Assembly: GCA_903837075.1 (NCBI GenBank)
Contig: CAILTI010000029.1
Coordinates: 1 to 39,225 of the forward strand
Source: an uncultured bacterium
GTDB taxonomy: Bacteria > Patescibacteriota > Minisyncoccia > Phycocordibacterales > PALSA-1337
Length of the DNA stretch: 39,225 bases
Direction: 5' to 3'
The stretch's first letter is position 1. Every line of letters starts with the position of its first letter. The translations under genes and the position numbers were made by a program. Positions 15,634 through 25,602 of this stretch are shown one piece after another. Under the pieces are notes generated by a model that saw only the letters and a list, made by a program, of their open reading frames with translations, was not told the DNA's origin and did not search any database.

Positions 15634-17205
15634 ATGTCAAATTCTCAATTGCTCGATTACATCAAGAAGCAGTTAGCTCAAGGTTTTAGTAAAGAGGTAA
15701 TCCAACAAAATTTGATCTCTGCGGGTGGATGGAACTTGTCTGATATTGCAGAGGCATTTTCTGAGCTTGGTATCAGTAAAGATACATCAGATATTAATAA
15801 AGATAAAATTGTAACAAAAAAGTTTAATAAATCATCGTTGGTTATCATCGCAGTTATCGTCATATTAGTGGTTATGGGTGTCAAAATCTATTTGGGAAAT
15901 AAAGGAATAAAAGTTCAGGAATTACCAACGGTTTCTTCTCAAGAAGAATCACAGCCTGTGGTCCCAATTTCTGTCGAGACATCTCTACCTTCGTGTGTAA
16001 AGGATGTCAATGAGGGACATTTTGTTGAAGGTAGTAATAAGTACTATTCTATAAGGCCGTATTTTAATATTTCAGCATCTGAATCAGATTGTGATGTGTA
16101 TTATGTTGGAACTTATGCCACAGAGACTAGCCCACATGATTGGTATTATGATGATGTAATTGTAAGAAATAATATTGAAGTCACATCTCGACAGAGTGGT
16201 CGAACTATTGGTGGCGTCAGTATCATAGATAAAAAAATTGCTTATATTAGTATGTTACCGAGTCTAGGGAAAAGTCAGGTCATATGGGGTGATTTTGTCG
16301 GTAAGAGCTACGATACTATTTTTGGTCATTTTGATGCGGGAAAGTATGTAAAAGATATTGAAAGTTTGGAAAATAAACCAGTTTATGTTGCTGGTGATGC
16401 AAAATTACAAGGTAGTGACGAGGCGGGTGGAGACATTGTAGTTGTATGGTGGAACAAAGAAGTTAAGCGTTTGAAAAATTTAGTGTTCGTTGACGGTTTA
16501 AATTTATCTGGTGATATAGTTTCATTCGATGCAGTAGATACTAATTCATCCAAGAATATTAAAAGTTTTGAAGAAATTAAAGCTAATACGAAGAAATATT
16601 CAATAAATATACGTACAGGCAATGTTACTATAGAAAAAAGTGCTACAGATAATAAATCCTCATGTGTATCGCCGTATGGGTATGATAATACAAAAAAATG
16701 TTTCGTAACCCAAAAGAGTGGAGGGAACTTTTTTGTTAGTTATAAAAATAACACGTGGGGACCATATAAATATGTGCAAGATATCATCGTAATCGATGGG
16801 AAGCTTACGTACTTGGCCGCCGAGCAAGTAAACACGAATTTATATTCTGACGGGAAACAGATTTCAGACAGCACGGTTAATGTTTGGAGTTTTGAAAAAA
16901 TTGGAAAGGAAATTGCTTATTTTGGTACAGAAAATAAATCTAAAAAGATGGTTGTTGTAGACAAAGGAATAAAAAGTAGTGAGTATAGCGGTAAAATAGT
17001 GAATCTTTTTGATGTTCGCGGCAAGCCAGCCTTCTTGGTTGAGGATAAGAATGAGAGTTTTATTGTTTTTAATGGTGTAGAACAGAAACATTATCCTAAG
17101 ATTGATTATTTTAAAATTGGAATGCTTGGTGGGAAATTATTTTATACTGTAGAGTATCCCAGCAAAGGTTTTGAGAGTAAAGCAATGGCGGTTTATGAAC
17201 AATAG
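15634..17205 (+). CDS. Membrane-anchored hypothetical protein with a large beta-rich extracellular region
   Basis: Short helical N-terminal domain, one transmembrane helix (about aa 69-88), AT-rich coding sequence. Confidence 0.8.
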   Translation: MSNSQLLDYIKKQLAQGFSKEVIQQNLISAGGWNLSDIAEAFSELGISKDTSDINKDKIVTKKFNKSSLVIIAVIVILVVMGVKIYLGNKGIKVQELPTVSSQEESQPVVPISVETSLPSCVKDVNEGHFVEGSNKYYSIRPYFNISASESDCDVYYVGTYATETSPHDWYYDDVIVRNNIEVTSRQSGRTIGGVSIIDKKIAYISMLPSLGKSQVIWGDFVGKSYDTIFGHFDAGKYVKDIESLENKPVYVAGDAKLQGSDEAGGDIVVVWWNKEVKRLKNLVFVDGLNLSGDIVSFDAVDTNSSKNIKSFEEIKANTKKYSINIRTGNVTIEKSATDNKSSCVSPYGYDNTKKCFVTQKSGGNFFVSYKNNTWGPYKYVQDIIVIDGKLTYLAAEQVNTNLYSDGKQISDSTVNVWSFEKIGKEIAYFGTENKSKKMVVVDKGIKSSEYSGKIVNLFDVRGKPAFLVEDKNESFIVFNGVEQKHYPKIDYFKIGMLGGKLFYTVEYPSKGFESKAMAVYEQ

Positions 17206-17385
17206 GTTGTGACATTGCCCCTACTTTTAACCACAATTCTAATATATTTTATAGCCACAAAACGCCTATAAAGATCGCTTTTATAATCTTTAGATTCTAA
17301 TAAAGTTATAATAGCTTTTGTACAGTGACCCAAAGAGAATTGTAATCGTTCCGTGACTCATTCTTGTAGTAAAGGGTACACCAAT

Positions 17386-17414
17386 TTGATTTCTTCCATC
17401 TTTTCCCGTATAGT
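17386..17414 (+). promoter_or_regulatory. Promoter candidate for fusA
   Basis: TTGATT, 17 nt, TATAGT. Confidence 0.55.
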
Positions 17415-17514
17415 ATGTGTATTAAGCAGTCTCTGCTTTTTTTAGATATTATTTAATAAATTAACCTTAGATTCCCTTCGCCAACTGGCGAATTAGGGGA
17501 CGAAAAAGACCATC

Positions 17515-19659
17515 ATGAACCGCGACTACCCATTAGAAAAAGTTAGAAATTTCGGAGTCATTGCTCACATCGACGCCGGCAAGACTACTACTTCAGAGCG
17601 CATCCTGTTCTATACAGGTATGACTCACAAGATCGGTGAAGTTCATGATGGTAATACCACCACTGACTGGATGGAACAGGAAAGGGAACGCGGTATCACG
17701 ATCACGGCCGCAGCCATCACATGTTTCTGGAATCCGTCATATATGCCACTCACTGACACTTCAAAGAAGGTCAGATTTAACATCATCGACACACCTGGGC
17801 ACATCGACTTTACTGTAGAAGTGAAGCGCTCTCTCCGTGTTCTAGATGGTGCAGTCGTAGTTTTTGACGGAGTTGCCGGAGTAGAACCTCAGTCTGAGAC
17901 GAATTGGCGCTATGCCGATGATGGTAAAGTTCCACGGCTATGTTTCATCAACAAGATGGACCGCATGGGTGCGTCCTTCGAACGTTCATTCAAGTCTATC
18001 CTGGAACGCCTCAATAAAAATGCTATCAGATTCCAACTCCCGATCGGTCTAGAAGGTGACCATGTCGGTGTTGTCGACCTTATGCGCATGAAAGCCTTCT
18101 ATTTCGAAGGTGAAATGGGAAGCAAAGTCATCGAAAAGGAGATTCCAGCAGAACTCCTCGAAGATGCAAAGAAATACCGAGCAGAAATGGTTGAAAAGAT
18201 CGTCGAACATGATGATGCTGCTATGGCCAAGTATCTCGAAGGGAAGGAGGTGAGTACCGAAGATCTGAAGACTATCACCAGAAAAGCCGTTATCGGCAAC
18301 TTGATTTTCCCAGTCTTTACAGGCTCAGCGCTGAAAAACGTCGGTGTCCAGCTAGTATTGGACGCTGTCGTTGATTACCTACCGTCACCACTCGACATGC
18401 CACCAGTTAAAGGTATCGATCCGAACACAGGCGAAGAGATCGAGAGACACGCATCAGATACAGAACCTTTTGCTGCACTCGCATTCAAGTTACAGAACGA
18501 TCCTTTCGTCGGGGCACTAACATTCTTCCGTGTGTACTCGGGATCTATCGAAGCGGGTACTTATATATACAATTCCTCAACTGGCAAGAGAGAACGTCTC
18601 GGTCGTATCGTCCGCCTCCAAGCTGACAAGCGCGAAGAGGTAAAGAAAGTATATGCTGGTGAGATCGCCGCCGCAGTGGGACTCAAAGATGCATTAACTT
18701 CAAATACGTTCTGTGACGAAGAGAAACCTATAGTACTGGAGATCATCAAGTTCATGGAGCCAGTCGTTTCTCTACGTATCGAGCCAAAGACCAAGGCTGA
18801 CCAAGAGAAAATGGGTATGGCACTGAAGAAGCTCGGTAACGAAGACCCAACATTCCGCGTCTCATCGAACCAAGAGACTGGCGAGACGATCATCTCTGGT
18901 ATGGGAGAACTCCACCTCGAGATCATGGTTGATCGTATGAAGCGAGAATTCAGTGTCGAAGCCAATGTCGGTGAACCTCAGGTAGCATATCGCGAAACTA
19001 TTCTCGGAAAAGCAGAGGCTGAACACAAATACATCAAGCAAACTGGAGGTAAGGGTCAGTATGGTCACGTCCGTCTCAATGTGAAGCCTATGGAAGCTTG
19101 GCCAGAAGGGGAGAAGATACCAAAGACTGTACATAGATATGATGATTATGAATTCATCAACTCTATCAAGGGAGGTGTTATTCCAAACGAATTCATTCCT
19201 GCTGTCGAGAAAGGTGTCCATGAAGCCATGGATCGCGGTATTGTTGCCGGATTCAAGATGGTCAATATCTCTTGTGAGCTAACATTCGGTTCCTACCATG
19301 ACGTTGACTCATCCGAGATCGCCTACAAGATCGCCGCTTCTCAGGCCTTCCAGGATGCCGCCAAGCGCGCCAAAGCCGTCATTCTCGAACCTATCATGAA
19401 ACTCGAAGTGGTCTGTCCAGAGAAGTACATCGGTGACGTCAATGGCTCGATCGCCTCAAAACGTGGTCTTATCGAAGGGCAGAATCCAAAAGGTCAGAAT
19501 ATCTCTATCATTGCCAAGGTTCCTCTCTCAGAAATGTTCGGTTACACCACACAGCTACGCTCTATGACATCAGGTCAGGGTAGTGCCATGATGGAATTTG
19601 ACCACTATGAGGTTGTGCCAGCCAATGTTGCTCTAGAAATTGCTGAAAAGAGGAAATAA
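17515..19659 (+). CDS. fusA: Elongation factor G
   Basis: [47 protein letters not shown]. Confidence 0.99.
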   Translation: MNRDYPLEKVRNFGVIAHIDAGKTTTSERILFYTGMTHKIGEVHDGNTTTDWMEQERERGITITAAAITCFWNPSYMPLTDTSKKVRFNIIDTPGHIDFTVEVKRSLRVLDGAVVVFDGVAGVEPQSETNWRYADDGKVPRLCFINKMDRMGASFERSFKSILERLNKNAIRFQLPIGLEGDHVGVVDLMRMKAFYFEGEMGSKVIEKEIPAELLEDAKKYRAEMVEKIVEHDDAAMAKYLEGKEVSTEDLKTITRKAVIGNLIFPVFTGSALKNVGVQLVLDAVVDYLPSPLDMPPVKGIDPNTGEEIERHASDTEPFAALAFKLQNDPFVGALTFFRVYSGSIEAGTYIYNSSTGKRERLGRIVRLQADKREEVKKVYAGEIAAAVGLKDALTSNTFCDEEKPIVLEIIKFMEPVVSLRIEPKTKADQEKMGMALKKLGNEDPTFRVSSNQETGETIISGMGELHLEIMVDRMKREFSVEANVGEPQVAYRETILGKAEAEHKYIKQTGGKGQYGHVRLNVKPMEAWPEGEKIPKTVHRYDDYEFINSIKGGVIPNEFIPAVEKGVHEAMDRGIVAGFKMVNISCELTFGSYHDVDSSEIAYKIAASQAFQDAAKRAKAVILEPIMKLEVVCPEKYIGDVNGSIASKRGLIEGQNPKGQNISIIAKVPLSEMFGYTTQLRSMTSGQGSAMMEFDHYEVVPANVALEIAEKRK

Positions 19660-19688
19660 ACACCTCAAGGATCGTTGGCGAACGTTGT

Positions 19689-19812
19689 AGTAAAAGCTTG
19701 GAACTACTCCACTAGACACGAAAAGCCCCTGCAGGGGCTTTTCTCGGCTTCAGAAATTTTGTGCTCAAAATTTCTTGCAGATGGTCTATCGGATCAGTTC
19801 CAAGCTTTTACT
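19689..19812. repeat. Multi-hairpin element bounded by a 17-bp perfect inverted repeat, includes a terminator-like hairpin
   Basis: AGTAAAAGCTTGGAACT/AGTTCCAAGCTTTTACT enclosing hairpins 19720-19743 and 19752-19775. Confidence 0.7.
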
Positions 19813-20066
19813 CTGCGTACAATTAACTGATATCTTATCTCGGGAACTCCTCAAGTAACTCATCTGAGTAATAGAAACTCCCAGCGAGCCCGCCGAAACT
19901 ATATGTAGTAGTTCCTATATCTATCTTCGCACCACCTGATAGAGGGTTCGGATTGGGTCGAGAATTGGCGAAGCCGATATTGAATGCAGCAGTATCCTTC
20001 AGGTACAAAGAATCAACTATGGTACAAGAATTGCGTGAGTGGTATCAAATAGATTAGAATGAGGTT

Positions 20067-20222
20067 ATGAAACAAGAGGTATCACTGTTCGGCAAAAACT
20101 TCAAATATGTCTTGGCACTGACCTTTCTCGCTTGGTTCGTTTATACGATGCCAGCAATAAGGATTCTGCTTTCAGGAGTGTCAAAATTGAGCCCAGTGCA
20201 AACGGCGCTTCCTCCATTGTGA
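20067..20222 (+). CDS. Putative small membrane protein, 51 aa (not in the ORF track)
   Basis: MKQEVSLFGKNFKYVLALTFLAWFVYTMPAIRILLSGV...; TAGAAT 6 nt upstream; terminator downstream. Confidence 0.5.
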   Translation: MKQEVSLFGKNFKYVLALTFLAWFVYTMPAIRILLSGVSKLSPVQTALPPL

Positions 20223-20247
20223 AATAGTCTCGGAATATCACTAGAGA

Positions 20248-20279
20248 AAAACCACATCAGACGATCCTGGTGTGGTTTT
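20248..20279. terminator. Intrinsic terminator-like hairpin
   Basis: AAAACCACATCAG-ACGATC-CTGGTGTGGTTTT. Confidence 0.65.
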
Positions 20280-20281
20280 CG

Positions 20282-21304
20282 GGTCTAATGGTAATTTAAG
20301 CAGTCTGTTTTCGTAGAATCTCTGTAGCAATTTTTCTGATTCTTTCTTTGTTTTTTCCTCTGTGCGCGCTCAAAAGATTTTTAATTCGACTCCAATAACC
20401 ATCCAACGAATTGGTTGTGTTCGGAATTTTTAGATCTGGGTATTTTTGATATGTATATAGATATGGGAGATTTCTTTTTAGACTGTTGTAAGCAGACCTC
20501 ACCCTCCTGTGCGTATATCTCCATCGTTTTGTACCGTTCGTGTAGGTGTGTTCATTAATGAAGTCACCATACTTTTTGAACCACTCTGTGAGGTCACTGG
20601 TTAAGATGGCCTCTGTCTTTTTTGATATTGAAAATCCAATTGCGAGAAGCGTTTGACCAGCTTCGGTCTCCGGTCTAAGTGTCAGTTTTCGTCTGACGAT
20701 TTGTAATTGATGGAACTGACAAATCTGTACTGGAATACCCTCAAAAACCCTTGGTATGCCTGTTCTGCCGTCTAAAATGACCGCCTTGAGGTTGAACCCT
20801 CTCGACTCTAGATTTGCTTTGAGTGTGGCGTAGCCTTCCTTGGTTTCCGATTCGATCCATGCCCAGCCGAGATTCAATTTGAGATTGGGTTCTCGAGCAT
20901 TCAAAAGGACATCGTCTCCAATATGAGTGGCGTCAAAAATACAGACCACGCACTGTGGTGGAATGTATACACTGGGCCGAGTCTCTGCTCGGTCAAGAAT
21001 TGTTCGTATAGTCTTTTCGCTTTTTTCGTAGGTTTTCGTCAGATCATTTACGGTCTGTCTTTTCCATACATGGTCCTTCCACATCTGCTGATCAGACCTA
21101 TCTGGTCTTCTGTCATTTTGAAATTGTTTACCACAATCAGGACATCTGTAATGTTGTACTCCTCGTCGCTTTCCATTCTTTTTAACGGCGGTTTTACCGC
21201 ATTCTGGACACTTTTTTTACGCATGGTATGTAGTTAATTAAGTTGTTACCCATACAAGGTAACACAGAACAGTCAAAACAGACTGCTTAAATTACCATTA
21301 ACTC
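20282..21304 (-). mobile_element. Insertion sequence, IS256-like (Zn-ribbon variant), 1023 bp
   Basis: 30-bp terminal IR with a 26-bp perfect core (20286-20311/21275-21300); 8-bp direct repeat GGTTTTCG at 20274-20281 and 21305-21312. Confidence 0.9.
20296..21224 (-). CDS. DDE transposase; the full-length form (about 309 aa) needs a -1 shift at the A7 run after ATG 21224
   Basis: IFDATH, ILDGRTG, QICQFHQ, PNTTNSLDG; upstream in-frame CPECG...YRCPDCGKQF has no in-frame start. Confidence 0.82.
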
Positions 21305-21406
21305 GGTTTTCGTTTGGTTATCACCGTGTTGTAATATTTCAGCATAGTGTTAATCTTAGGCCATACTAACAATATGGATATAATCATATTAAATAAATAC
21401 AACATT

Positions 21407-22858
21407 ATGAAAAAAGCAATTATTCTCGGAGCTGTGGCTATTCTCGGATTCGTAGGTGTAACCAATGCGCAAAGTTATGTATATAACAATGATCTCGTGC
21501 TTGGCTCATCTGGTCCAGATGTTGTCCAGTTACAAGCCTGGCTCATGGATAATGGCTTCAACATCCCGTCGATCGCATCTGGCGCCATGGTTAAGGGTTA
21601 TTTTGGCGCACAGACTCAGTCGGCCCTCATCTCATATCAGAAGTCGGTCGGCCTGCCAGCTTATGGATTCTTTGGCCCGATGACTCGACAGTATCTGAAT
21701 AATAGTATCAATAATAACAATGTTGCGGTCGCTTTCCGTATCACCAGGCCTGTGGGGGGCGAATCTTGGCAGCGAGGATCAACGCAAAATATTACTTGGA
21801 CATCACCATCCTTTGCGCCATCCTTCGTTCGTACGACCTATGTAGATATCAAACTGCAACCGAGCAACGCGTGTAGTACAGGCCAAGTCTGTATCGCGTT
21901 ATACAGGATGCCTTACACTATAGCTACAGGTGTGAGTATCAACCAGAATACATATAGTTGGAATGTAGGTACATATACGAACCCAGGAGTGGTATCTCCG
22001 CCAGCCTGTTCAGGAGGCGTCATCAATGGCGTTTGTCTGTCATCAGCTAGCTATGCACCAGATGGTCAATATTCCATCCAGATATGTCAAACAGGTACTT
22101 CTGTATGTACGTCCAGCAATTCCAATTTCACTATTTATTCCAATGGCCAGACAGTGAGTCCGATCTCAGTGCTATCTCCGACCGGCGGGGAGGTCTGGAA
22201 TATAGGTGAGAACAGAACGATGTCGTGGACGGCCAACAATTATGCGGGATATTATGGCAATTCTTATGCCACCACCAATCAAACATATGACGTGTATCTA
22301 ACGTCTGAGGGGTGTGTCTATCCGATGATGTGCGCATCAAGCCTTGTGGCACCACAGATACTGGCAAGATACGTTTCTGGTACTAGCTATACCTGGTCTG
22401 TTGGCACTCTGATGGCCAATACTGGTGTGACAGGTAGATATAGGATACAGGTTTGTCAGGCTGGTTCTACGACAGTATGTGGTTCTAGCAATGCACCATT
22501 CACCATCAATTCCTCTTCGTATTCGTCGACTCCTGATATCAATGTTCTGTCTCCGAATGGGGGAGAAGTCTGGTATATGGGTAATAGTCAGCAGGTTTCA
22601 TTCAATATCACTGGCGATCCAGCTAGAGTCGGCAATAATGTGACGGCGTATCTGGTAAACACAAACAATCAGCAGATCTATCTAGGAACATTTTCACAAG
22701 GTATCTCAGCTGGGCAGAAGACATTCTATGTCACAGTACCGACGAATCTAGTTTCTGGACCATACAAGTTATTCGTCAATCTGAATTTTGCAGGCCAGCA
22801 GCAGGCTTATGACTATAGCGATAACTACTTTACCATTACAAATGGGCGTCCTTTGTAG
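21407..22858 (+). CDS. Secreted protein with a peptidoglycan-binding domain and three Ser/Thr-rich Ig-like repeats
   Basis: Signal peptide MKKAIILGAVAILGFVGVTNA; LGSSGPDVVQLQAWL...GYFGAQT; repeats RPVGGESW, SPTGGEVW, SPNGGEVW. Confidence 0.85.
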   Translation: MKKAIILGAVAILGFVGVTNAQSYVYNNDLVLGSSGPDVVQLQAWLMDNGFNIPSIASGAMVKGYFGAQTQSALISYQKSVGLPAYGFFGPMTRQYLNNSINNNNVAVAFRITRPVGGESWQRGSTQNITWTSPSFAPSFVRTTYVDIKLQPSNACSTGQVCIALYRMPYTIATGVSINQNTYSWNVGTYTNPGVVSPPACSGGVINGVCLSSASYAPDGQYSIQICQTGTSVCTSSNSNFTIYSNGQTVSPISVLSPTGGEVWNIGENRTMSWTANNYAGYYGNSYATTNQTYDVYLTSEGCVYPMMCASSLVAPQILARYVSGTSYTWSVGTLMANTGVTGRYRIQVCQAGSTTVCGSSNAPFTINSSSYSSTPDINVLSPNGGEVWYMGNSQQVSFNITGDPARVGNNVTAYLVNTNNQQIYLGTFSQGISAGQKTFYVTVPTNLVSGPYKLFVNLNFAGQQQAYDYSDNYFTITNGRPL

Positions 22859-22872
22859 TGTTGCTCGTCGAT

Positions 22873-22902
22873 TTGACTTATAACCACCCGATCTGCTAGT
22901 AT
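22873..22902 (+). promoter_or_regulatory. Promoter candidate for the rpsN-secY cluster
   Basis: TTGACT, 18 nt, TGcTAGTAT. Confidence 0.55.
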
Positions 22903-23007
22903 CAACATTACCTTATACACAAGGTTTTGGAGGATATATGGATTGGAAGCACATACCTCGTCGAGGGACAGCTAACCAATCATCTTTTCTTTCAAAAATT
23001 CAACTCA

Positions 23008-23193
23008 ATGGCAAAGACATCAGTTATAGCAAGATCCAAAAAGAAACCGAAATTCAAGTCGCGCGTAGTTCGCCGATGCTTTAGATGCGGCCGAAAGCGT
23101 GGCTACATGAGGGATTTTGACCTTTGCCGTATCTGTTTCAGAGAGTTTGCTAACGACGGCGTGATTCCAGGCATAAAGAAATCTTCTTGGTAA
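23008..23193 (+). CDS. rpsN: 30S ribosomal protein S14 (Zn-binding type Z)
   Basis: 61 aa; RCFRCGR...LCRICFRE...IPGIKKSSW. Confidence 0.97.
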   Translation: MAKTSVIARSKKKPKFKSRVVRRCFRCGRKRGYMRDFDLCRICFREFANDGVIPGIKKSSW

Positions 23194-23285
23194 TTTCATA
23201 AATTAAATGATTGAAAGATTAAAAATTGAAAAATAGGCGCAAAATCATCCAATCATCCAATCATTCAATCATTCAATATAAATAT

Positions 23286-23681
23286 ATGGTAACAGACCCA
23301 ATTTCAGACTTAATAATCAGACTCAAGAACGCTAGTGATGCGAAGAAGGCAACGGTTGCCATCTCGTATTCCAAGTTTGCAGAGAATGTCGCTCACGCCC
23401 TAAAGAAGTCCGGATATGTTACGACCGTCGACAAGAAGGGTAAGGCACCGATCATAGAGTTGGAGCTTGGTATAGTCTCGAATGAAGTAGATGGTGCTCG
23501 TATCCATGGAGTCGAACGAGTTTCCAAGTCTTCCCGCAGAGTATATAGGAAATACAGTGATATCAGAGTATTTCGAAGCGGTTTTGGAAACACTTTCCTT
23601 TCAACCCCAAAGGGTATATTGGTAGATCATGATGCCAAGAGGCTGAAAGTCGGAGGAGAGGTTTTATTCAAGATTTGGTAA
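23286..23681 (+). CDS. rpsH: 30S ribosomal protein S8
   Basis: TDPISDLIIRLKNA, LSTPKGI, VGGEVL. Confidence 0.97.
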   Translation: MVTDPISDLIIRLKNASDAKKATVAISYSKFAENVAHALKKSGYVTTVDKKGKAPIIELELGIVSNEVDGARIHGVERVSKSSRRVYRKYSDIRVFRSGFGNTFLSTPKGILVDHDAKRLKVGGEVLFKIW

Positions 23682-23722
23682 TACAATTTTCCATTTTGAT
23701 TTTTACATTTTAAATTAATTAT

Positions 23723-24256
23723 ATGTCACGCATCGCAAAAAAACCCATAGTAATACCAGCCAAGACAGAGGTGTCTTTTTCGGGCGGCATTTTTACTGTC
23801 AAAGGTCCTCTAGGAACACTGTCCAAGGTGATGAAGCCACATATCAAGATACTGATAGAGAATGGCACGATCACACTCACTCCAACAAACCAGTCTCTGC
23901 AAGCCAAGGCTCTGTGGGGAACTTATGCTGCGCATATCAAGAATATGCTGGCAGGTGTTAACAAAGCCAATGAACGAAAGCTCATTATCGAAGGTATCGG
24001 ATACAAAGCTGATGTAAAAGGCAAGGATATCGTTCTGGCCCTAGGATTCTCTCATACGATCACGATGCCGATCCCAGCGGACCTCAAGGTTATTTCTGAG
24101 AAGAATACCGTTACCATATCAGGCAATGATCTAGAGAAGGTTAGTCAGTTTGCGGCCGTTATCAGGGCGCTCAAGAAACCGGAACCATATCTAGGTAAGG
24201 GTGTCAGATATTCTGATGAGGTTATCAGAAGGAAGCAAGGAAAGAAGGCGGCATAA
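23723..24256 (+). CDS. rplF: 50S ribosomal protein L6
   Basis: MSRIAKKPI, VKGPLGTL, PEPYLGKGVRY. Confidence 0.97.
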   Translation: MSRIAKKPIVIPAKTEVSFSGGIFTVKGPLGTLSKVMKPHIKILIENGTITLTPTNQSLQAKALWGTYAAHIKNMLAGVNKANERKLIIEGIGYKADVKGKDIVLALGFSHTITMPIPADLKVISEKNTVTISGNDLEKVSQFAAVIRALKKPEPYLGKGVRYSDEVIRRKQGKKAA

Positions 24257-24307
24257 AGAATGTTCAATGTCCAATGACGCAATGATCAATAGGTATCAAA
24301 TAAATTT

Positions 24308-24658
24308 ATGAAAACATTACAGAAAAAACAATTACAGTTCGCTCGCAGGAAGGCTCGTACTCGCGCCAAGATCAGTGGCACAGCAGAACGACCACGTCTG
24401 TGTGTTTTCAAGTCGCACAAGTATATCTATGCCGCTATAGTCAACGATGACAAGGGGCATACGTTAGTTGCGGTTGATTCTAGACTGATGAAGGGTAAGA
24501 CTCCAGTAGAGAGGGCCAAGGAAGTAGGAGTCGAGATCGCCAAGAAGGCCAAGGTTGCCAACATCACCAAAGTAGTTTTTGATCGCGGAGGCTATATCTA
24601 CACTGGTAAGATCCAGATGGTGGCAGATGCAGCGAGGGCAGGAGGACTGGAGTTCTAA
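24308..24658 (+). CDS. rplR: 50S ribosomal protein L18
   Basis: RPRLCVFKS, VVFDRGGY, ARAGGLEF. Confidence 0.97.
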   Translation: MKTLQKKQLQFARRKARTRAKISGTAERPRLCVFKSHKYIYAAIVNDDKGHTLVAVDSRLMKGKTPVERAKEVGVEIAKKAKVANITKVVFDRGGYIYTGKIQMVADAARAGGLEF

Positions 24659-24694
24659 TTTTCAATGTTCAATAACCAATGACCAACAAATAAC

Positions 24695-25549
24695 ATGACG
24701 GCAAAAGATATAAAAAACAATAACGACTCAGGTGCTTCCAATGAAGCAGATTTGAATGTAGCTATTCCTGCAACTGGTCTAGACACAGCAGCCGTCGTTA
24801 CTGAAGATGTCGCTGGTGCAGTACCAGTAGTCGCAGCAGCAGCGGTTCCGGCAGTTTCAACATCCAAGTTTACTCAAGGACGCAAGATGCGTGGTGATCC
24901 AGCTCGAAGGGGAGGTCGCGGAGGTACGGGTGCTCCTCAACAGGGTGGTCCAGGTCGTGGCGGTCCTCGTGGTGCTCGTAGTGGAGATCGTGAGCGCGTC
25001 AAGCCAGAATTCGATAGCAAGATCATCGATATCCGTCGTGTGACTCGTGTGACCTCAGGTGGTAGACGCATGAACTTTAGTGTAGCTGTCGTCGCCGGTG
25101 ACCATAAGGGTCGCGTCGGTGTTGGTCTAGGTAAGGGTATCGACACGGCTGGTTCTGTGGAGAAAGCTACTCGTGAGGCCAAGAAAAACATGATCAGAAT
25201 ACCTCTGTCTCCTCAGATGACGATCCCTCACGCTGTCGAAGCCAAGTACGGTAGTGCCGTGATCAAGATCTTCCCAGCTCGTGGTAGTGGAGTCGTGGCA
25301 GGAAGTTCTGCACGTGCAGTTATCGAACTTGCTGGTATCAAGGATATTTGCGCCAAGTTCCTCTCTGGTTCGAAGAATAGGCTGAATAACGCACGAGCTA
25401 CTATCGAGGCATTGAAGAAACTATCCAAGTCGCCGAGATTTGGGACGAAAATCAAAGCACCAGTAGTCCGCCCTTTTGAGGAGAGTAAATCTTCCCCTCA
25501 AACCCCCAAGGGAGAATCGGAGAATATTTCTCCCCTCAAGCGGGCGTAA
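24695..25549 (+). CDS. rpsE: 30S ribosomal protein S5 with long N- and C-terminal extensions
   Basis: RRVTRVTSGGRR, GRVGVGLGKG, TIPH, GSGVVAG. Confidence 0.95.
   Translation: MTAKDIKNNNDSGASNEADLNVAIPATGLDTAAVVTEDVAGAVPVVAAAAVPAVSTSKFTQGRKMRGDPARRGGRGGTGAPQQGGPGRGGPRGARSGDRERVKPEFDSKIIDIRRVTRVTSGGRRMNFSVAVVAGDHKGRVGVGLGKGIDTAGSVEKATREAKKNMIRIPLSPQMTIPHAVEAKYGSAVIKIFPARGSGVVAGSSARAVIELAGIKDICAKFLSGSKNRLNNARATIEALKKLSKSPRFGTKIKAPVVRPFEESKSSPQTPKGESENISPLKRA
25468..25547. repeat. Palindromic element encoding the S5 C-terminal tail
   Basis: IR CGCCCTTTTGAGGAGAG/CTCCCCTCAAGCGGGCG; similar to the recJ insert. Confidence 0.75.
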
Positions 25550-25602
25550 TAGGTTTTGATTTGAATTTTCCATTTTAATTTCTACATTTTACATTAACTA
25601 CC

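Noticed and set aside
19835-20044. Minus-strand open frame ending ...GSFYYSDELLEEFPR
   Set aside because: No ATG, bounded by a stop, no recognisable family; may be a gene remnant but unsupported
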